Shown here piece after piece: positions 13,432 to 25,761 of a stretch of DNA of 64,000 bases. This DNA comes from Squalus acanthias. Its lineage: Eukaryota. Numbering within the stretch: the stretch's first letter is position 1; each line of letters begins with the position of its first letter. The DNA is taken from the NCBI GenBank assembly GCA_030390025.1, contig CM059449.1, positions 36,270,001 through 36,334,000 of the forward strand, in the 5' to 3' direction. The notes beneath the pieces were generated by a model, which had not been told where the DNA came from, ran no database searches, and saw only the letters and a list, made by a program, of their open reading frames with translations. The position numbers and the translations under genes are program-made.

Positions 13432-13615
13432 GGGGCAATTTTAACCTAAGTGGCTGGGCGGGATCCCAAGGGCGGGTGGAACGCTGATTTCCCATTCCCG
13501 CGCAATATTACTCTCCACTGATTTCAATGGAGAGTAAATTGGGCGCGGTGTAAAAGCAGCGTTGCCCCCGTTCCCGTTAGTTGTTCGGCCGGGCGGGTTA
13601 GGTTAAAATTGGACC
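13432..13615. mobile_element. Palindromic MITE-like element
   Basis: Terminal inverted repeats GGGGCAATTTTAACCTAA / TTAGGTTAAAATTGGACC; central hairpin TACTCTCCACTGATTTCAATGGAGAGTA. Confidence 0.75.
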
Positions 13616-13819
13616 ACGGGGTCAGAAAGGTTTTAATTGTCGTGATATGAACTTCAGTGATACACTGTATTGAGCTTCAGGTAGCTGAATACTTTATGAC
13701 TTGACTCTCTGCGGCAACGAGGGCATTTCCCGCTAGATTCAGGCAATATATTCATTGTTATCAATTATACAACATAACCACCGGAGCGCTATGTTAAAAA
13801 TATTTCTAACCGCCCGCCG

Positions 13820-13935
13820 TGTGTTGTCCATGGCCACATGGCGCAGGCCTTGGACTGTGAGTCAGTTTCGGTGCTGCTCACGGTTCAGGGACAGCCCTGA
13901 ACAATCAGTGACGGATCTTTACTGCGATTGGATGG
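13820..13935 (+). promoter_or_regulatory. Candidate MHC class I promoter (ISRE-like, X1/X2-like, Y box)
   Basis: AGTTTCGGTGCT 13864-75, TGACG 13909-13 and inverted CCAAT (ATTGG) 13927-31, in class I promoter order; RFX-like GTTGTCCATGGCCAC at ~13823; CpG-rich context upstream of a leader-like exon. Confidence 0.5.
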
Positions 13936-14029
13936 TGAGCTCCCGCACTGCCCACTTGTGAGTGAAGCTGGGCTCGGATTCATTCAAGGCGCTCAATCTT
14001 GTTCTGTCACTGGGAGAGACGGCGGGCGG

Positions 14030-14099
14030 ACGGACGGTGGGGACGGCAAGTTTCTGTCACTTGTACTGAGTTTCTCCCGCCTACAAGCGGCCCTGTCTG
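14030..14099 (+). pseudogene. Candidate MHC class I leader (signal peptide) exon lacking ATG
   Basis: Reads (T)DGGDGKFLSLVLSFSRLQAALS plus G, then GTGAGT. The phase-1 donor joins in frame to alpha1 (E-SHSL). Only ACG is present at the expected start. Confidence 0.5.
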
Positions 14100-14879
14100 G
14101 TGAGTAGCCGGTTCCCGCTGCATCATTGATTGTCTACAGGCTCACCCTCTGATCTTAGACTGTAACCGGCAGGCCTGTCGGTCACATCAGGTGTTTCACA
14201 CAGGGAAACTAGACAGTGTGTGCGGAAGTGAAGCGATGAAGCGGGATTGGAATCTCCATCCTGCTTCTCAGGCTCGCTTCTCCCTTTGCTTGGATTAGAT
14301 GATGTCCATTACTGTCCGGACAGCCTGACATTACAGCTCAGTTACTGTGACAGCTTGTATGTTCTCTCTGATAAGCAGGAGGGAGACGGACAGTGTGTTC
14401 CCGCTAAGCGGCTTGCGGGTACGGAAGTGTCAGTATAACTGCGAGCCCAGTCCCGACCTGACCCCCTGAGTGACCCAGAGCCCAGCGGCGAGACTCCTGC
14501 AGGAAAGCGGCTCAGTCGGTTCGGGTTCACACCTGTTTCAGTTTAACTCCAGCCGGCGGGAAGCTGCATTTTAAAAGCTTCATTCTACCTCCTGGGAACT
14601 TGGAAAACCTTTAGACCTCCCAATAAACCGGACAAATCATTAAAAATACAGAGGGAGGGGTTCACTTTTATCAAAGGGGGAAACGGGTTCCAGCGACCCG
14701 GGAACCTCTTTTACACTTTCCGACTCGCTTTAGAATGAAGCCTTGAGGCGATCCGTGCAGGTTCGGGTGAAGATTGAGCTCCCAGAGTTAACCTCTCTGT
14801 CTCTTTCACACTGACCTGTTGCATGTTTGCAACATTAGCTGTTTGTAGCGGATTCCCACCATGTGCGGTTCCATTCGGG

Positions 14880-15060
14880 CTCATGTTGACTCTGTGCGAT
14901 GGTGTAAAGAGGGCGAGAGCGAGTCGGACGCCCGTTTTCCATCTTTCTCTCCGTTTCCCCCTTCTATTGAGTTCAATGGCAGTAAAAATCTGGAGAGCTG
15001 TAAAAGGAGCTGGCGACTGGCTATCGCCCGTTTTACTATCGCACAAAGTCAAGATCGAGA
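14880..15060. mobile_element. Palindromic MITE-like element
   Basis: Inverted ends TTGACTCTGTGCGATGGTGTAAA / TTTTACTATCGCACAAAGTCAA; core CTATTGAGTTCAATGG. Confidence 0.7.
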
Positions 15061-15164
15061 CCACTGACTGTTGGAATTGATCGGCGCCTGCTGCTCACAG
15101 CCTGGAGCTGTTCGGGGTGAACATCAGAGGCAGCTTTCGGCACCTGTTACAGCTCGCTGTGGAA

Positions 15165-15495
15165 GAAAGAGAGAAAGAAAGACTTGCATTTCTACAGCGC
15201 CTTTCACCACCTCAGGACATCGGGTGGAAGCCGATTTAACAGAAACTTTGAAAATGGAATTGGACAAATACTTAAAGGGAAAACAAAAGTACATGGCTAT
15301 GGAGAAAGAACAGGTGAGTGGGAATCATTGGCTTGTTCTACCAAATCGCCGGCACAGGCACAATGGGCCGAATGTGTTCCTTCTGTCCTGTATCATTCCA
15401 TGATTGGATGGAGTTAAAATACAGATCAGCCATGACCTAATTGAATGACAGTAAAAGGCTCGAGGGGATGAATGGCCTCCTCCTGTTCCTAAATC
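15165..15495. mobile_element. SINE/L2 tail (-) followed by two CR1 3' tails (+)
   Basis: GAAAGACTTGCATTT...GCGCCTTTCAC tail, then GAATTGGACAAATACTTAAAG...GGGCCGAATG and GAATGGCCTCCTCCTGTTCCT CR1 ends. Confidence 0.7.
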
Positions 15496-16439
15496 AATGT
15501 TGGTGATATTGGAGGTGAAATGCTTACCATATTGGTGTAACATTCCTATGCCTGTTATTTTAATGGTGCAGCGTGCTTAAAACAAGTGGGATATCACCTG
15601 TGTTACAGCAATGGACGATAATGTGTCTCACTAATATTGCCAACAGTAATTTTAGGCAGAACATGTACAGCGGTACAGCGAGAAATAAGAGTCAATCAAC
15701 AAGTGTATTGGTAGCTTGGTCTTAAATTCCTCTTTTCACTATTTTAGCAGATCCTCAATCTGTTCACAGCAGATAGATTTACACCGCCACTGAAAGGGAG
15801 GAGTGTTGAATTTTCAGATTGTGTAGCTTGTAAACTTTCTATCACCCAGCAGAAACATTGAAAGTGACCAGCCTGTGAGTGGCCTTTCATTGACCTTAAC
15901 AAGGCGAGGCTATATTTGCCAGTGAGGTTTGCACCTGTTCTGATAAGGTACAAACACAGGATTGGAGATTGCTGCTGCTTTTAACAGCCAGCTCTACAAT
16001 CGCTACCGATCAGGTTCAGTGGGAAATATTCTCGCCGGTGCTTTCAATTTGTGTCCCAGTCTCCCTCCAGTTTCAAGTCTTTGCCATTGACCAGTGTGTT
16101 ACTTTCTAATCCAATTCTGCCCGCAGTTCCTAATGCTGGGAATAGAGCCAGAGATTCCCTCCCCAGTGACGGGAGGTGATTTCTTTCCCATTGGATAGAA
16201 TGAGTTTCACTGAACGAGATAAGCAGAATAATGTGGGCGGGGTTCGGACATCTACAAAACCTTCCCGTCTCGTTGTGCAGGGTTTTAACTGAGTGACTCC
16301 CTGAAACATGTTTCTCTTTGCTTTACTGAGCCTTTACTTTTTTCTAAGGATGATTCCTGGTAAGTCAAATGACAGGACTTGAGCGGCTATATTCATTATT
16401 GCACGACTAGACCGCCATCGTGAACAACGTATTTGACCT

Positions 16440-16710
16440 GGGTTTAGTCGGTGATACACCGGCTGCCCCCGTGTTTAGTCCGGGATACACCGACTGCCCC
16501 CTGTTTCGTCCGGTTTCCACTGCCTGTTCCGTGTTTAGTCCGGGTTACACTGACTGCCCCGTGTTTCGTCCGGGATACGATGACTGCCCCGATGTTTAGT
16601 CCGGGTTACACCGAATGCCTCTTGTTTAGTCCGGGTTACACCGACTGCCCTCTTGTTTAGTCCGGGTTACACCGACTGCCCTCTTGTTTAGCCCGGGTTA
16701 CACTGACTGG
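16440..16710. repeat. 30-31-bp minisatellite, ~9 copies
   Basis: Unit GTTTAGTCCGGGTTACACCGACTGCCC(C/T)(C/G)T. Confidence 0.93.
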
Positions 16711-18394
16711 CTCGGAACTTACGGATGCCCTGGGGGAGTTCCTGTGTTGGTTGAAATGGTGTGGTGACGGTAGGGGCTCGTGTGGCGCTGGCCGCTTAAG
16801 AAAGGTGCCGGAGAGTTACTGCAGGACTGAAGTAATGTCCCTCAATTAAAGATGGGGATTTGTGCGGTGTATCAGGGCGACGTGTTGGCAACGTTGGTTG
16901 AACTCATTCCAAGAGCTTTCATCACATGACCTCCAGCCCAGTCATCCAGCCTTTTGTCCCAGCTCTAATATTATTATAATTGTGATTGTTGTGTTGTTGT
17001 TATCTTTCTCATGAGTTTCTTGCAGTAAGCAGTCCCTTATAAGGCCGGTGCACTTTTCAAGGGTGGTTAATGGAGAGCGACTTATTGAAGCAGCAGGTTG
17101 CATGAAATGGTCAGGTGTCCTCCGATTCTCTGGGCAGCGGTGGAAATGTTTGTAGAGCAAGTTAGCACCGGTATTGAGGACCTCGTCTCCTCTAATAGGT
17201 AACGATAGGCCCGTCAAATTAGACAGCTGCAATGGCGAGTGGTGGATGAGCAAGCCAAAGGCAGCAACATTGGGTATAAAGTGCACGGTACCCGTAGCGG
17301 CTGATGGAGATCGACAGCCTGTTTTGATCTATTACCCAATTTTCTTTTCCAATGACTTCAATCGAATAGAAATTCAGCGGGCGGGCAAAGCTGGCTGCTG
17401 ATTCGCTATCGCCCATTCCGCGCTGCCACCCAAGACAAAGTTATATTCCATTTTCCCAAGGATCTAGCTGCATTGCAGGAAGAAACGTAATGACCTCACA
17501 TGGACTGCCAAGGTCAGACTCGGCTTCACATCTCTCTTACTGTCTGCACAGCCTCGGACCGCCGGAAATTAGCCGCTGCATTACTAATCCTGTCCCCCCC
17601 ACTGCCCATGGCTCACCTCCAATCACAACAGATCCTTCAGTACATTCCACAGTGGAATTACCAGTTGCCCGTTAACAGTTCAAAATATTCAGCAGCAACT
17701 ACAAGAATTTTAAGTGGATTAAGTAGTGAAATTCAACAACATAATAGAAGAAAATGTCTCCCAAATATTCCAGGATTTTATTTGAGACCAACTGAGGATC
17801 CCTGTAATATCTGCCTCCCGAGTGATTCCAGTTTGTGGGCAGAATCAGGAACTAGCGGGAACAATGTGGGCAGAGAGGGAAATGTTGTTGAGCGCCTTGA
17901 TAAGGGTCTTTAACCCCAATTTGCATATATTCAAGCTGCCTTTTCCCCTCTTCCGCTCAGTAAATCTGAGGCCAATTTTAATGTCGATACAAGCAGCGGG
18001 CTGGGAGCAGATCACTGTGCACGCACTAGGGATGGATTCTGCACGGCTTAGTACCATAATTCAGGGTGCACTTCCTCGCTAATTCACCAAAGAATCCCCA
18101 GGTCAGACGTGGGACTAAAATCTTAAAGTTACGATTTAAAAATGAGATGAGCTGATGTAATTTATTCGAAACATCAAATTTTTCATTTATTTCGAAAATG
18201 GGAATATTCTTGTAATGGATAATATTTAATATTATGGCTCATTTTACCTTCTCTGCAATGGTTTAACACGGGAGCGATGGCAAAATAGCCAGTGATCTCG
18301 CATTTTTCTGACTAAATTATTTTTCCCAAGTTGTTTAGCAAACTGACATTTCTAATATTTGATATCCCAATGATTTTGTTTTATTATGTCCCAG

Positions 18395-18655
18395 AGTCTC
18401 ACTCACTGCTATATTACTACACCCTGAACCATGGGAATGCTGATCTGCCGGAGTATAGTGTTATGGGGCTTTTGGATGGCTGTCAGATAGACTATTTCGA
18501 CAAAAATATGAAAATAACTGTTCCAAGACAGCAATGGATGGCAGAAGCATTTGAGAAGAGTTACTGGGACGAATACACAATAACTCAAGCTGGTTTCCAC
18601 AGACTCATCAAGGGACCGGTTGATAGATGTTTGCAGCAGAACAACCAAACATCAA
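18395..18655 (+). pseudogene. Non-classical MHC class I-like gene, alpha1 exon (open frame)
   Basis: CAG acceptor and GTGAGT donor, 261 nt, phase 1-1. ESHSLLYYYTLNHGNADLPEYSVMGLLDGCQIDYFDKNMKITVPRQQWMAEAFEKSYWDEYT...LQQNNQTS contains SHSL, PRxxWM, YW and the NQT glycosylation site. Confidence 0.95.
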
Positions 18656-18692
18656 GTGAGTGTTTTCATTTGAATGAATGCAGCGAACGACA

Positions 18693-18848
18693 GGGGTCAT
18701 TTAAATTTGGAGGATAGAGTAACATGAGTGATATCGAACTGCTTATCGAATTGACTTCAATAGAAGGGAACATTAGGCGAGTTGTATAATGGGCAACTAA
18801 TTGGATATCAGCCATTTTACACAATCTCTGGAAGGTAACATTAACCCC
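18693..18848. mobile_element. Palindromic MITE-like element
   Basis: GGGGTCATTT ... ATTAACCCC ends; core ATTGACTTCAAT. Confidence 0.6.
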
Positions 18849-19199
18849 AATGAATAGTATTGGTCATACTGGGGCTGAAATTCAGTGTTGGTGGGTGTAA
18901 AATGGGCAGTCGCAGCGAGGCCGCCCTTTATACATGCTGCACGATTTTCCTTCCCATTCCTTTCACAGTAAAATTGCCCGGACTCTACAATAGGCGGCTT
19001 GTCCGCTCCCACCCGTTCAGCAACCCTGCTGAATTTGAATTTCACTTTCATAACATGATAAAATATGGTCGCCTGTGACTCAGCTGTTGTTTTACACCTC
19101 GATCGATAAAGAAAATGAGATGTGGTTTAAAACGGGCGAAATATGGGCGCCTGTGAATCAGCTGCCGTTTCACACCGTAATCGATTTTCTGAAAATCGG

Positions 19200-19710
19200 A
19201 CATGGTGTACTCTTTTGGTGCACACTATAAACAAATAAACTGTAACTAAAAATAAGCATTAATGAAAACTTAACATTTTAAATTAAAAATTTGGTTACCG
19301 GGGAGATAATGCTCTCCAGTCCCTGCGGTGCCCACCGATCGTGGAAGGCCTCGAGCGTGCCGGCGGACACCGTGGACTCCATCTCCAGGGCCACCCGGGC
19401 GTGAACGTGGCCGCGGAAGAGAGGCAGGCAGTCGGGCCGAATGACCCCCTCGACAGCCCGCTGCCTGGAACAGTTGATGGCCACTTTGACCAGGCCCAGG
19501 AGCAGTCCTACGAGGAGGTCCCCCGATCTGGCCGCTCCCCTCCGCACCGGGTGACCATATATCAGGAGCGTGAGACTGAAGTGCAGCGAAAAATCGAGGA
19601 GCAGCCCCTTCAGATAATGGAAGAGGGGCCGCAACCTCTCACATTCGATATATACATGGAACACGGACTCCTCCAGGCTCGGACATGGTGTAAAGTGGGC
19701 GGCCCATTCA
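19200..19710 (-). mobile_element. Tx1-clade non-LTR retrotransposon 3' fragment
   Basis: C..LEESVFHVYIECERLRPL...FSLHFS..LLIYGHP...DLLVGLLLGLVKVAI..SR...FRGHVHARV...GTLEAFHDRWAP matches the Tx1 ORF2 zinc-knuckle and C-terminus as recalled. Confidence 0.85.
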
Positions 19711-19769
19711 GCATTGGTCAAATTTCACCTGATGATAACAGTTAAAAATCCACCCCTCCCCACCACCAC

Positions 19770-20245
19770 CAGTGTTTATTGAATGACATTTCTATTATTA
19801 CATTTAATTAATGATATTTTTAATATTATGTTTATTTAATTGTTTTACTTATATTTTACATGCAACTAATCATATTATGTTTATTGGGCAATTTTTTTAC
19901 TCTTCAGCAAATAAGTGAAGTGGCCAATATTGGACGGATCCAATTCTACACCTCCCTCAGATTCCCTTTCAATTGGGCGAAGTTTGTAACAGGCCACTGA
20001 TTCGATAGTGTCCGCTTTGCACTATGCCCACAATTTAAAATTAAACCCCCATGCATGGTAATATTACTTTTAATGAATAATATTCGTAACAGATTTATTG
20101 AATGACATTGGAAATAACATATTTATTGAATCATATTGACAATATTGTGTTTATTGAATTATATTGTCGATATTAAATTGAAGGATTATTATTCATATGA
20201 TTGCATTTGCTCAGTGATATTGGTGAGCACATATTTGATATATAA
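19770..20245. repeat. AT-rich degenerate tandem repeat, interrupted by a MITE-like piece
   Basis: Recurrent TTTATTGAATGACATT / TTTATTGAATCATATT motifs. Confidence 0.5.
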
Positions 20246-20342
20246 GGTAGATGTGTAAGTTTGAGGCTCCAATGCCATCTTATATCCCGCAGGTGGCTTA
20301 TCAGAAAAGCATAATGCACTGCCCGCAGTTTTCTATTCATTT

Positions 20343-20527
20343 GGAGTAAATTTTATATTTGGGCAATAGTGTAAAATGAGCGATATCGAACTGACTACCC
20401 AATATACTCCCTGTCTGATATTCCCTTCCGTTGACCTCAATGGACATGAAATCAGGCGGGGTGGAAAATGGGCGGACGATCCAATATCGTCCATTTTAAA
20501 CTCTCAGCCAATGTCAAAATTACCTCC
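20343..20527. mobile_element. Palindromic MITE-like element
   Basis: GGAGTAAATTTT ... AAAATTACCTCC ends; core CCGTTGACCTCAATGG. Confidence 0.7.
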
Positions 20528-20864
20528 ATGGAGACAAGTCCATTGTAACAAGGTTGGAGGACATGGAATGTTAGCCCATGCTGTGCAAACATAACTCAGT
20601 CCCCAATTTAATGTCATACATTCTGGCATGTATTGTGACAGCATTGGCTTATATTCTGGTATGTTATTTATAGTTAAGTAACAACATTGCTAGAAAATTG
20701 TGAAGGTGAGAAGTAGAGTTGGTTCACACACGGGGGTTTTCCAGAATTATAGCCTGAAGAGATGGGCAACAGAAAACTGAGGCATTAAAGCACCACCACT
20801 GGAGCGAGGGTGCAATTGCAACATGCTGACTTTACATCAGGAACTCCCATTTCAATTGTTGACG

Positions 20865-21830
20865 TATAGAATCATAGAATAATACAGCACAGAAAGAGGC
20901 AATTCGGCCCATCGTGCCTGTGCCGGATCTTTGAAAGCTATCCGATTAGACCCGCTCCCCTGCCCTTTCCCCATAGCCCTGCAACGTTTCCCCTTCAAGT
21001 ATGTGTCCAATTCCCTTTTGAAAGTCACGATTGAATCTGCTTCCAGCACCCTCTCAGGTAATGCATTCCAGATCACAACAACCCACTACGTAAAAAAAAC
21101 CTCATATCACCTCTGTTACTTTTTCCAATTACCTTAAAGCTGTGTCCTCTGGGTAGCGACCTTTCTCCATATTCACTCAATCCAAGGCATTCATGATTTT
21201 GAACATGAATCCAGAGGAATTGATAATTGGAAAAAGTTGATAAAAATGTGACCACAGGAAGTAAGTACATAAGAACATAAGAACATAAGAAATAGGAGCA
21301 GGAGCAGGTCATTTGGCCCCTCGAGCCTGCTCTGCCATTTAATGCGATCATGGCTGATACGATTTTGGCCTCAACTCCACTTTGCTGCCCGCTCCCCATA
21401 ACCCTTGACTCCCCTGTTGCTCAAAAATCTGTCTATCTCAGCCTTGAATGTATTCAATGACTCAGTTTCCACAGCTCTCTGGGGTAAAGAATTCCAAAGC
21501 TTCCCGACCCTCTGAGAAAAGAAATTCCTCCTCATCTTCGTCTTAAATGGACAACCCCTTATTCTGACAATGTGCCCCCTCGTTCTAGATTCACTGACGA
21601 GGGAAACATCCTTTCAGCATCAACTCTGTTCAACCCCCACAGAATCTTATATGTTACAATAAGATCACCTGGCATTCTTCGAATCTCCAATGAGTATAGG
21701 CCGAACCTGCACAACCTTTCCTCATAAGACAACACTTCCATCCCAAGAATCAACCTAGTGAACCTTCTCTGAACTGCCTCCAATGGAAGTATATCCCTCC
21801 TTAAATAAGGGGACCAAAACTGTACGTAGT
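20865..21830 (-). mobile_element. Two CR1 3' fragments
   Basis: WNALPERVLEADSIVTFKRELD and VQRRFTRLI..LSYEERL...GDLI; (ATAGAATC)n and (AAGAACAT)n tail repeats. Confidence 0.92.
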
Positions 21831-22471
21831 AGGTTGTGTGGACAGGTAGTACATAACATTTCTAATATAATACAGACAGATTTATAGTTAACTAGCAACA
21901 TTTATTCAATTTGGGAAGCGGAGAAGCAGAATTTTTTGGAGCACAGCGGTTTCTCTGGGAAATGCAAAGCTAAGTCCGACAGTGCCTCCACCGGTGGGAG
22001 GCTGTCATTGCAGCATGACCAGCTTGCGGTGGCAGCTTCCTCATAAAGGTGGACGTAGGAATTTATAAAGGGAAATGTTAAAACAAATGTAATAGAAATA
22101 TGAGAACAGGAAGTATGCTTTTGTGAACAGGAATTGCACACAGATGTAAGATTTTTTAAATGTTCTACTCAATTTCCTGTGGCTTACAGAAGACATTGGT
22201 TAGGACACTGTCGGGGTCTTTCATTTAGTTCTAAGCACCTAATATAGCAAAAATATTACAGAAAACAGCTGCTTTTAATTTTGGTGCCAATTGTTCTCTT
22301 TCTGTGCTATAAATTCTATGTCCCTGTGTGATGAACCCTGTTTTAGACGCCAAACTTCATTTCTACGCTTAGTAATGGAAAGAGTGACGAGAACACAACT
22401 GAAATTCTCAGATTTAGTGTGAATAGATGCGATAATTATGCAGCTATTGATCGATTCAATTACTGCTCTAG

Positions 22472-22735
22472 GTACTTACTACATTCAAGGACTGTTTGGC
22501 TGTGAGCTGAATGATGCCAATCCTAGTGTAGGGGTTTTGAAGTTGGCTTTTGATGGAAGATACACATTTAGTTTTGATAAAGAAAAATTGGTTTGGACCG
22601 TACATGATCCAGTAGCTCAGACCCTCAAAGTGAAATAGGATAAGGAAACAAAAATGAATCTTTATTTAGAAAATGACTGTGTGGATGTATGGAGGACATA
22701 CTATTCAATTGGAAACGCATCACTAACCAGACAAG
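22472..22735 (+). pseudogene. MHC class I-like alpha2 exon with nonsense codon
   Basis: TAG acceptor and GTAAG donor, 264 nt. TYYIQGLFGCEL...AFDGRYTFSFDKEKLVW...AQTLKVK*DKETKMNLYLENDCVDVWRTY..GNASLTRQ; TAG at 22636-38 replaces conserved W147; both alpha2 cysteines present. Confidence 0.95.
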
Positions 22736-22962
22736 GTAAGTTCAGAACAACCTGGGGGTAATTTAAAGTTTGGCGATAGTGTAGAACTGGCGATATTGGA
22801 TCAGATTCTGTTATAAACCTCTCTCCATTCTCCTTTAACAGGCGGCTGATCCGATATCACCTGTTTTACATTAGTGGCAAATGTTAAAATGACTTCCTTC
22901 ATTCTATTCTGAAATCTGTGTTTTTTATTGAAGTTGAAAATAACTGTCGTTCTATCATGTAG

Positions 22963-23235
22963 TTTCCCCTGAGGTCTCAGTTATTGCCAGGGCTGCTGAT
23001 CGTTGATTTCTCCATTGCATTGTGACTGGATTTTACCTGCAGTCCCTCAGCGTGACCTGATTGAAGAATGGCGAACATGTCCCTGAGACCAAATGTACTG
23101 GGTTATTACCCAATGAAGATGGGACCTATCAACTAACGACAACCCTTGAATTTGATCCGTATGATGGGGAACAATACTCCTGTAATATTGAGCACAGCAG
23201 CTTGCCGGGAGGGGGGGGGGGGACTGTCTTCTGGG
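22963..23235 (+). pseudogene. MHC class I-like alpha3 (Ig C1) exon with two stops and a dead donor
   Basis: VSPEVSV..R*FLHCIVTGFYLQSLSVT*LKNG...LLPNEDGTYQL...YSCNIEHSSL..VFW; TGA at 23004 and 23058; donor GTAAG changed to ATAAG at 23236. Confidence 0.95.
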
Positions 23236-24354
23236 ATAAGGACATGAGCAGCAATACTGAACAATCCATCAATAATAGCAACACTCACCCATACAGAGAT
23301 AGAGAGCAGAAAGAGGTCAATTAAATGAATGACTGAAGCAAATTGCACATTACCTCCCTGCTTGACTATTCTATTGCTCTAGAAATGAACTGTATATTCT
23401 GTCTCCCGGTGATGTTTATTTGTTACTATTGGGTCTTCTGTGCTGTTGCTGATGGACAAGAACAGGAAAATTGAAATCTTCCACTCCCTGTAACTGTCTT
23501 TTCTTATCCGTCACTTTTCTATGTCTTGCTCTTTCTCTCTACTTCTTTATACATCAGACAACACGTTTATTATGTCTGTTCTTCAGGCTGTCTGTGAATG
23601 TTCTTCATTCTTGCTCTCCCTTTTAGTCCATTTCTGTTATCTACTGACTCTTCCATAATCTGCACCTACCCCTCCTTGTGTGCTTCTCACACTCTTGCTT
23701 TCTCCAGATATCATACAATTTGCTTCTTACTGTCTATCTCCACTCCATAACAACACCCCACACACACTGCATGGTCTCAGAGTTAGATAACAAATGAAAC
23801 CCTCTTCATAGTCTATCTGGGTTCGAGAATGGATTAATCTACATTCACCACCCACTCTCAGACATCAGACGTTTTATTTGCCCGACTTGCTGTTGCTTCA
23901 ATGTTTGTTTCTGCTTTCTCATTGTTGTTCCCTTTCACTGTGGTGATGGAGCTGCTCGGTTTCTGAGCTGGAACTTTTGCTCTGTTCTGAGCTATTTCCC
24001 TCTCAGTTTCATTGTGGTTTTTGCTTCTCTTGTCGCTTTGCTCTGGTGGGGAGTGAGTGGACGGGTCTCTTTGGGATATTAGAGGAGGAGTGGGGAAGTG
24101 TTGTGAGGAAAGATCATTAAAATGTAGTGCAGTGGTGGGAGGGGTGATAAAATAATGCGGCTTGGCGGCAAGGGTGAGTGTGAGACTGGGAGCTGCAGGC
24201 AGGGAAGGTGGGTAAAACAAGAATCTGCAGCAAGAATGGAGGTTGAGACAGCTGGGGGGCAACCCCAGGAAATAAGCCTAGAAATTGCTGTTGGTGATTA
24301 ACAGGGTCAATAAATGACTCCAGGGGAACCTCCTGCTATTGGTTTAGACACAGC

Positions 24355-24493
24355 GGGGTAGATTTCCAACCTGCCGCCCGGGTGTAAAACCGGAGTTTCC
24401 TCCAATGGGAATGAAAAGCGGGCAGTTTGTGTGACAGGCGGCTGATCCACAGCGGCAGGTTCACACCAGAGCGGCACGGTGAAAATCTACCGC
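24355..24493. mobile_element. Palindromic MITE-like element
   Basis: GGGGTAGATTTCC ... GAAAATCTACCGC ends. Confidence 0.6.
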
Positions 24494-24759
24494 AAATTGT
24501 TTAATAGATAACGGTGCTGCTCACTCAGGTCTCTCCATGGAAAGGTGCCTCCCTCAGGGGAACAGGTAGGATGATCCTTATGAGCTGGAAATGTATTTCT
24601 GGTCGGTTACTGCGCTGATCCTCTGCTGAGGGCAAGTTCCAGATGTTGCGGCCCAACCTGTGCAATTCCCAGTTGTTTAGTACAATCCCTTCAATTAGAC
24701 AATCGGTTCATTAAAGTCAGTGTATAAGCTGCATATACACAGCTTCAAATAATCCTGTC

Positions 24760-25394
24760 NNNNNNNNNNNNNNNNNNNNNNNNNNNNNNNNNNNNNNNNN
24801 NNNNNNNNNNNNNNNNNNNNNNNNNNNNNNNNNNNNNNNNNNNNNNNNNNNNNNNNNNNNNNNNNNNNNNNNNNNNNNNNNNNNNNNNNNNNNNNNNNNN
24901 NNNNNNNNNNNNNNNNNNNNNNNNNNNNNNNNNNNNNNNNNNNNNNNNNNNNNNNNNNNNNNNNNNNNNNNNNNNNNNNNNNNNNNNNNNNNNNNNNNNN
25001 NNNNNNNNNNNNNNNNNNNNNNNNNNNNNNNNNNNNNNNNNNNNNNNNNNNNNNNNNNNNNNNNNNNNNNNNNNNNNNNNNNNNNNNNNNNNNNNNNNNN
25101 NNNNNNNNNNNNNNNNNNNNNNNNNNNNNNNNNNNNNCTCTCTGTGGCTCTGTCTCTCTCTGTCTCTATCTCTGTCTCTCTCTCTGGCTCTNNNNNNNNN
25201 NNNNNNNNNNNNNNNNNNNNNNNNNNNNNNNNNNNNNNNNNNNNNNNNNNNNNNNNNNNNNNNNNNNNNNNNNNNNNNNNNNNNNNNNNNNNNNNNNNNN
25301 NNNNNNNNNNNNNNNNNNNNNNNNNNNNNNNNNNNNNNNNNNNNNNNNNNNNNNNNNNNNNNNNNNNNNNNNNNNNNNNNNNNNNNNNNNNNNN
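24760..25394. other. Two assembly gaps flanking a (TC)-rich microsatellite (25138-25191)
   Basis: N runs 24760-25137 and 25192-25394. Confidence 1.
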
Positions 25395-25761
25395 CTCTGG
25401 GTACCACGACCACAACCCTTTTCCACTGTCCTCCCAGCCGCACATTCTTATCGCTGGCCCAGCCCCGATCAGTCTAGAATCCATGCTTCACTCTTCACAG
25501 CCATTGCTTCTTCCGCCACCGCCCCCCAGTCACCTTTACAGCCTGCCCACCTCTCGTTGACCAGAGTCTGTGCTTTATTCCCAAAAACTGAACTTTATGG
25601 CTTGAAAGAAACCTGGCTCTGCCTTAGTGAAATAATACATTGTGCACTATATGGTGTGGGGATACTGTCCATATAAAACAGCGCATCATACAGGTTTCCA
25701 CTGATTAGATATAACTGTCAATCCGCACATATAATTATACAACCCTTGCTAATATATTCAG

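Noticed and set aside
9838-23235. Single receptor with tandem alpha1-alpha1-alpha2-alpha3 domains
   Set aside because: The first alpha1 is frameshifted, and a promoter/leader-like region lies between the two alpha1 exons.
24717-25560. Long ORFs in the ORF track (also 9450-9734)
   Set aside because: They run through N gaps and microsatellite.
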